Shown here one piece after another: positions 55,990-64,000 of a DNA stretch of 64,000 nt. A program made the translations under genes and the position numbers. The stretch is from Eledone cirrhosa (taxonomy: Eukaryota). The notes under the pieces are model-generated. The model saw only the letters and a program-made list of their open reading frames with translations, was not told the origin of the DNA and made no database searches. Within the stretch, counting starts at the first letter, position 1. Every line of letters begins with the position of its first letter. The stretch covers positions 29,326,001-29,390,000 of the forward strand of contig OZ024760.1 in assembly GCA_964016885.1 (NCBI GenBank), written 5' to 3'.

Positions 55990-57045
55990 CACCCACACAC
56001 ACATGTCCACCACCCCACACACACACACATGTCCACCCCCACACACCCATACGTCCGCCACCCCCACATATCCACATACCCATCCCCACACCCACATCCA
56101 CACACTTACACACACCACACATACACACACCACACATACACACACCACACATACACACACCCACACATACACGCACCACACACCACACATACACACACCA
56201 CACATACACACACCACACCTACACATACACACACCCACCCACACCACATCCACACACACACACCAAACCTACACCTACACACACCCACACATACACACAC
56301 CGCACCCACACATACACACACCACACATCACACACCACCCATACACACCACACATACACACATCCACACATACACACACCACACATACACACACCACATA
56401 CACACCCACACCACATACACACCCACACATACACCACACACCACACATACACACACCACACATACACACACCACACATACACACCCACACATACACACCC
56501 ACACATACACACACCACACACACACACACCACATACACACACCACATACACTTACATACACACACCACACATATACACACACCACACATACACACACCCA
56601 CACATACACACACCACACACACACACACCACATACAACACATACACACACCACATACACTTACATACACACACCACACATATACACACACCACACATACA
56701 CACACCACACTACACATACACCACATACACACACCACACATATACACACCACACATACACATACATACACATACATTCACCACATACACATACATACACA
56801 CACCACACATATACACACCACACATACACACACCACACTACACATACACCACATACACACACCACACATACACCACATACATACACACACCACACATATA
56901 CACACACTACACACACCACACTACACATACACCACATACACATACACACACCACATATACACATACATACACCACATACACAACACACATACACATACAT
57001 ACACACACATGCATACACACCCATGATGATATACACACACACACA
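55990..57045. repeat. (CA)-rich low-complexity tract
   Basis: Direct inspection. Confidence 0.95.
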
Positions 57046-57660
57046 CACAGACAGACAAGACAGTTTTACACACAGACAGACAAGACAGTTCTACACACAC
57101 ACACAGACACACACACAGGCAAGACAGTTCTACACACATATACACACAAGCAAGACAGTTCTACACACATATACACACAGGCAAGACAGTTCTACACACA
57201 TATACACAAAGACACACACACACACACAGACAAGACAGTTCTACACACACACACACACAGGCAAGACAGTTCTACACACATATACACACAGACACACAAA
57301 CACACACAGACCCACACACAGACAAGCCAGTTCTACACACACACACACACACCCACACACAGACAAGCCAGTTCTACACACACACACACACACCCACACA
57401 CACAGACAAGCCAGTTCTACACACACACACACACACACCCACACACAACAAGACAGTTCTACACACACACACAAGACAGTTCTACACACACACACACCCA
57501 CACACAACAAGACAGTTCTACACACACACACACACCCACCCACACACAGACAAGCCAGTTCTACACACACACACACACACACACAACCACACCCACACAC
57601 ACCCACACACAGACGAGCCAGTTCTACACACACACACACACCCACACACAACAAGACAGT

Positions 57661-57696
<36 letters not shown>

Positions 57697-58092
57697 AGCC
57701 AGTTCTACACACACACACACACACACAAGACAGTTCTACACACACACACACAGACAAGCCAGTTCTACACACACACACACACACACACACACAAGACAGT
57801 TCTACACACACACACACACCCACACACAAGACAGTTCTACACACACACACACACACAAGACAGTTCTACACACACACACACACACACACACAACAAGACA
57901 GTTCTACACACACACACACACCCACACACAACAAGACAGTTCTACACACACACCCACACACAACAAGACAGTTCTACACACACACACACACACAACAAGG
58001 CAGTTCTACACACACACTCACACACACACACACACAACAAGACAGTTCTACACACACACACACACACACACACCCACACACAACAAGACAGT

Positions 58093-58134
<42 letters not shown>

Positions 58135-58141
58135 AGCCAGT

Positions 58142-58178
<37 letters not shown>

Positions 58179-58492
58179 CAAGACAGTTCTACACACATAC
58201 ACACACACACACACACACAGACAAGCCAGTTCTACACACACACACACACACACACAACAAGACAGTTCTACACACACACACACACCCACACACAACAAGA
58301 CAGTTCTACACACACACACACACACCCACACACAAGACAGTTCTACACACACACACACACCCACACACAGACAAGCCAGTTCTACACACACACACACACA
58401 CACCCACACACAACAAGACAGTTCTACTCACACACACCCACACACAACAAGACATTTCTACACACACACACACACACACACAACAAGACAGT

Positions 58493-58523
<31 letters not shown>

Positions 58524-58573
58524 CCACACACACACACCCACACACACACACACCCACACACAGACAAGCCAGT

Positions 58574-58618
<45 letters not shown>

Positions 58619-58624
58619 GACAGT

Positions 58625-58663
<39 letters not shown>

Positions 58664-58940
58664 ACACACACCCACACACACACACACCCACACAACAAGA
58701 CAGTTCTACACACACACCCACACACACACACCCACACACACACACCCCCACACACAACAAGACAGTTCTACACACACACACACAAGACAGTTCTACACCC
58801 CCCCCCCCCCCACCCACACACAAGACAGTTCTACACCCCACCCACCCCACACACAAGACAGTTCTACACACCCACTCAGCCCCCACCCCATCCCCACACA
58901 CAAGACAGTTCTACACCCCCCCCCCACAAGACAGTTCTGC
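57046..58940. repeat. Compound satellite: constant caagacagttcta / caagccagttcta motif separated by variable (CA)n
   Basis: Dozens of motif copies. Confidence 0.95.
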
Positions 58941-59089
58941 AGTAGGAATTAGTATCATTGTCTTTGTAGAGCTTCTTTGTTTAAACTGGAATTAGCTGCA
59001 GAACTGAAGATGTTGGAGACTTCCTGCTTGGTTGGGAGTAGATAGGTGTTGCCATGGAGATTACTACATAGCAACAGCAGCACCATCAC

Positions 59090-60340
59090 CACCAACAACA
59101 TCAGTAACACTAACAGCAACAACAACATCAGTAGCACTAAAAACAACAACAACATCAGTAGCACTAACAACAACAACAACAACATCAGTAACACTAACAA
59201 CAACAACAACAACAACATCAGTAACACTAACAACAACAACAACAACATCAGTAGCACTAACAGCAACAACAACAACATCAGTAACACTAACAACAACACT
59301 AACAACAACAACAACAACAACATCAGTAACACTAACAACAACAACAACAACATCAGTAACACTAACAACAACAACAACATCAGTAACACTAACAACAACA
59401 ACAACAACACCAGTAGCACTAACAACAACAACATCAGTAGCACTAACAACAACAACATCAGTAGCACTAACAACAACATCAGTAGCACTAACAACAACAA
59501 CATCAGTAGCACTAACAACAACAACAGTAGCACTAACAACAACAACATCAGTAGCACTAACAACAACAACACCAGTAGCACTAACAACAACAACATCAGT
59601 AGCACTAACAACAACAACATCAGTAGCACTAAGAACAACATCAGTAGCACTAACAACAACAACATCAGTAGCACTAACAACAACATCACTAGCACTAACA
59701 ACAACAACATCAGTAGCACTAACAACAACAACACCAGTAGCACTAACAACAACATCAGTAGCATTAACAACAACAACATCAGTAGCACTAACAACATCAG
59801 TAGCACTAACAACAACAACATCAGTAGCATTAACAACAACACCAGTAGCACTAACAACAACAACATCAGTAGCACTAACAACAACAACATCAGTAGCACT
59901 AACAACAACATCAGTAGCACTAACAACAACAACACCAGTAGCACTAACAACAACAACATCAGTAGCATTAACAACAACAACATCAGTAGCACTAACAACA
60001 TCAGTAGCACTAACAACAACAACATCAGTAGCACTAACAACAACAACATCAGTAGCACTAACAACAACAACACCAGTAGCACTAACAACAACAACATCAG
60101 TAGCACTAACAACAACAACAACATCAGTAGCACTAACAACAACACCAGTAACACTAACAACAACAACAACACCAGTAGCACTAAGAACAACACCAGTAGC
60201 ACTAAGAACAACACCAGTAGCACTAACAACAACAACAACAGTAGCACTAACAACAACAACAACAACAGTAGCACTAACAACAACAACATCAGTAGCACTA
60301 ACAACAACAACAACACTAACAGCAGCACAATCACCAGCAA
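59090..60340. repeat. Compound satellite catcagtagcactaa plus (caa)n
   Basis: Direct inspection. Confidence 0.95.
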
Positions 60341-60491
60341 CAACATATATATATATAAGTAGAAGGGATATTTAATTTGTTGGAAATACAACAAATATAA
60401 ATGTTTATAACTGATTCAGAGCACTCTACAAGTTTTCTGGAGTATAATATTCAATGATATTAAATGGAAACTATATTTATAAAACCATATT

Positions 60492-60557
60492 TATTCTATT
60501 ATATATATTTCAATGGTACCAAAAAAAAACTTTGGTACGCTTTCATCAGATAAAATA
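60492..60557 (-). ncRNA. Type I hammerhead ribozyme (family A, left arm of inverted repeat 60464-60774)
   Basis: TATTTTAT-CTGATGA-AAGcGTACCAAA..TTTGGTACcaTT-GAA-ATATATAT-A-ATAGAATA. Confidence 0.8.
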
Positions 60558-60678
60558 CAAAGAGTGTTTATTAAATTTTGACATCGTCAAGGAAATCATA
60601 CCTTATCACTACCCAAGAAAATTCAACTGATAAGGTAAGATTTCCTTGGCTATGTCAAAATTTATAAAACACTCTTTG

Positions 60679-60746
60679 TATTTTATCTGATGAAAGCGTA
60701 CCAAAGTTTTTTTTTTTGGTACCATTGAAATATATATAATAGAATA
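60679..60746 (+). ncRNA. Type I hammerhead ribozyme (family A, right arm)
   Basis: CTGATGA at 60687-60693, GAAA at 60727-60730, same stems as the left arm. Confidence 0.8.
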
Positions 60747-61064
60747 AATATGGTTTTATAAATATAGTTTCCATATATATATATAAATATATATATATGT
60801 GTGTGTGTGTGTGTGTTTGTGTATGTATGTGTGTGTGTGTGTTTGTGTATGTATATATATGTTGTGTGTTTGTGTATGTATATATATGTGTGTGTGTTTG
60901 TGTGTATATATATATATGTATACATATTAATCTTCATCACCATTTAACGTCCATTTTTAATGTCTATTTTTCCAAGCTAGCATTGGTTAAGCAAGTTGTC
61001 CCATTGTGACACAAGCCAGATCAGATAACTGTGTCTTGCCTATACAAATATCGTCCACACCCTG

Positions 61065-61101
<37 letters not shown>

Positions 61102-61110
61102 ATGTGTGTG

Positions 61111-61990
61111 TTAGCGTGGCCCTTAACAATAGGTAACAATCCTGTTCTATTGGACAAAAACACAAACTCTGCAAAATGTCAGCTCAATCGGACAACTGTT
61201 AGGCGACCCTCAAACACCTTGAAGTTGGAACATAGTTCACGCAACGATTAATTCTGTTCAAAACCGGTATACTGTTCCCTATCTCGACCATTTTCTTTTT
61301 TCTTCTTAGAAAAATTTATGTGGACACATCCAGGCAACCCCAGCAAATGTTTAAAAACGTTCTGAATCAAATTTGCCAATAGTTAATTTGAAAGATTACT
61401 GAAATAACATGAAAAACTTAAGAAATAATAGGTTTTCTTAATAAAGCACACAACTTCTATAAGGGAAACGCATTTTTATTTACAACAATAATTTCTATAG
61501 AATCAAAAACATAATGTGGATACTGAATATTGAACATTGGGGTTGATAAAATAAAGTACCAGTAATGCACTGGGTAATTGCTGGCCTTGTGCCTAAAGTA
61601 GAAACAATTATTTTTACATAAGAGAGGATTTAGTGGCAGTTGGGTGTGTTTTACGGTCTTCGGTAACGATCTGTAAAACAAATTGTTTCTCAGTTTCATC
61701 TTTTGTGAGAATGTTATTGTAATCCTGAATGGGTTTGACACCTTTTTCTGCAACATCATTCACAACAACTGTCTTCTCAAGTTTTTCAAGTCCACTTTTG
61801 TAACCAGGATCATCCTTCCTTGTTGAGGGGTCTTTGTCGAGGAAACCGGTGTTGATAGAAAGGTTTTGTACCAGGAGTTACAAAAGACAAAAACTCGATG
61901 TTTGTAAAGGAAGAAAAGTCATCTTGGTGCAGGATCTACCTCTTCAGTTGATTTTCTTCTTCTTCCTCTTCTTCACCTTTGCCTGCTTCC
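61111..61990 (-). mobile_element. hATm-like DNA transposon 3' remnant (transposase C-terminus 61614-61990, terminus at 61111)
   Basis: FLDKDPST..DDPGYKSGLEKLEKTVVVNDVAEKGVKPIQDYNNILTKDETEKQFVLQIVTEDRK; terminus ttagcgtggcccttaacaataggtaa, similar terminus at 62359. Confidence 0.7.
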
Positions 61991-62245
61991 AGCATAACTT
62001 GACAAATATTTACCTTAACTCCGCCTTTTCTCCTTCCTCTCTTTGCTCTCCTTTTATCCTTGCTCTCCTTGTTCTCCTTGCTCTCCATTTCTCCTTACTC
62101 TCCATTTCTCCTTACTCTCCTTTTATCCTTGCTCTCCTTTCCTCTTTGCTCTCCCTTTCACCTTGTATCTATGTACTTGTTTATATACAAATGCAATGAG
62201 AAAAGGGGAGCAAGGAGAAATATAAAGCAAGGTTACTAAGGTAAG

Positions 62246-62286
<41 letters not shown>

Positions 62287-62556
62287 ATATATATATATTT
62301 TACTCAATACCAAATACTCATTTCTCTCAGCTGTCAACCACATACAGATATATGTATATTAGGGTGGCCCTTAGCAATAGGTAATTTTCCAAAAGTTAAA
62401 TTTTTGCTGCTCCCACAGTGAAAAATAGGTGTTTGCCCTATACCTGTGCTCTGTCCCCTCTTTGCAAGTTGCCTTCCCCATTATATTTATTGTCACTTAT
62501 CCTTCTAAGACCAAGAATCATTCTGAACAAGTTTTTAATTCAAGAGAAAATTACAT

Positions 62557-62604
62557 AGCTGTACTGATGAAGGGTGATACCCAGAAACATTAGTGTCTGC
62601 AGTT
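62557..62604 (+). ncRNA. Type I hammerhead ribozyme (separate family; downstream tail matches 5868-6003)
   Basis: AGCTGTA-CTGATGA-aGGGT GAT ACCCa-GAA-ACATTAGTGT-C-TGCAGTT; 7-bp stem I, GUC cleavage site. Confidence 0.8.
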
Positions 62605-62790
62605 CTGTTCATATGCCAACACAAGAGCAAGAATGAAGTGTTCAATCTACTGACATGGCTATAAAATTGAGGCTTGTTTGCATAATTGCAAATGAATCGA
62701 ATGTTATTAATATTCGAAAAACTCAGATTATATTTATTGTATTCAGCCATGTAGAGCGAAATTTTCTTTTTTATATATATATATGTGCGT

Positions 62791-63135
62791 CTATGATATT
62801 AACCCTTTCATTACCATATTTCTAATGAAAGACACTGTCTATGATATTAACCCTTTCATTACCATATTTCTAATGAAAGACACTGTCTATGATATTAATC
62901 CTTTCATTACCATATTTCTAATGAAAGACAGTCTATGATATTAACCCTTTCATTACCATATTTCTAATGAAAGACACTGTCTTTGTCATTAACCCTTTCA
63001 TGACCATATTTTTAATGAAATACACTGTCTATGTCATTAACCATTTCATTACCATATTTCTAATGAAATACACTGTCTATGCCATTAACTCTTTCATGAC
63101 CATATTTATAATGAAAGACACTGTCTATGATATTC
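62791..63135. repeat. 48-bp tandem repeat from a TTAA-MITE-like terminus
   Basis: ctatgatattaaccctttcattaccatatttctaatgaaagacactgt at 62791, 62839... Confidence 0.9.
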
Positions 63136-63662
63136 AAATAATTTTGAAAATAATCAATAATTTAGAAGGATTTAATAATATAACTAATTTTATCATTATT
63201 GAGCTGGTGTTTGGAACATAACTTAACAAATGTTCTTACATAAAATTATAATGGAGGGTTTCTAGATAAATACAAACACTTTAACAGTTTCATTACCATA
63301 TTTCGAAAACAAAAAAAAGGGCACTGCTTACATATTTCAAAATATTTTTTAATTAATCAAGAATTTAAAAAGATTTAATGATATAACATTATGGATGTTT
63401 TGAAAATAACTTAACAAAGGTTCTTACATAAACTTTTGATGGAAAGTTTTTAGACAAATATAAATACTTTTAAACAAACAGCTTAATATCCTAGAACCAG
63501 GGGTGTTCTTAAGTATTTTGGTATGAAAAGAGTTTGAGAAATATAAGTTGTTTTCCATGACTCATTAATCATGTTTTGTTAACACATAATTAATATAATT
63601 AAGCACTAAACAATCCTGTCACATTTATCACCAATTACATGTTGTTTAATTGTATGTAGAGA

Positions 63663-64000
63663 TGTTTTACTGAGGTCCCTGTTTTACTGAGGTCCCTGTT
63701 CTACTGAGGTCCCGGTTCTACTGAGGTCTCTGTTCTACTGAGGTCCCTGTTTTACAGAGGTCATCCCTGTTTTACTGAGGTCCCTGTTTTACTGAGGTCC
63801 CTGTTCTACTGACCTCCCTGTTCTACTGAGGTCCCTGATTTACTGAGGTCCTCCTTGTTTTACTGAGGTCCTCCCTGTTTTACTGAGCTCCCTGTTCTAC
63901 TGAGCTTCCCTGTTCTACTGACCTCCCTGTTCTACCGACCTCCCTGTTTTACTGACCTCCCTGTTTTACTGACCTCCCTGTTTTACTGACCTCCCTGTTC
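63663..64000. repeat. ~18-bp minisatellite running off the window
   Basis: tgttttactgaggtccc variants. Confidence 0.9.

Noticed and set aside
57046-58940. CRISPR-like repeat-spacer appearance
   Set aside because: Spacers are only (CA)n, the repeat is 13 nt, there are no cas genes, and the context is eukaryotic
55936-60394. 1019-aa, 980-aa and mucin-like 447-aa ORFs
   Set aside because: Stop-free by composition of (CA)n and (CAA)n satellites; overlapping frames are equally open
61111-62385. Intact hATm element between termini at 61111 and 62359
   Set aside because: The two terminal sequences are in direct, not inverted, orientation, so they cannot bound a single element

Overview
Eukaryotic, AT-rich, extremely repeat-dense DNA with no convincing host protein-coding gene. 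Almost all ORFs in the supplied track are artefacts of (TA)n/(CA)n/(CAC)n/(CTA)n microsatellites. The repeat repertoire suggests an animal intron or intergenic region, most likely octopus/cephalopod (inference): tRNA-headed SINEs with CORE-like or Meta-like bodies, RTE LINEs with (GAT)n tails, CR1, restriction-endonuclease LINE, mariner, hATm, Helitron and TTAA-MITE remnants. The most notable signal is a dense, diverse population of short non-coding elements sitting in (TA)n tracts. About 20 loci carry type I hammerhead-ribozyme (HHR) cores (CUGAnGA / stem II / GAAA / stem III / UH), or the 3' half of such cores. Many are fold-back inverted repeats whose turning point lies at or just upstream of the ribozyme. 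They belong to at least 7 sequence families, many share a GAGTRC tail motif, and one traps a Penelope-like RT fragment. This points to many Penelope-like (PLE) or retrozyme-like lineages that target microsatellites and integrate by self-primed fold-back. Also present are a Foldback-like element with 31-bp satellite arms, tandem Helitrons, and several satellites born from TE fragments. Coordinates were read by eye and may be off by a few bases.
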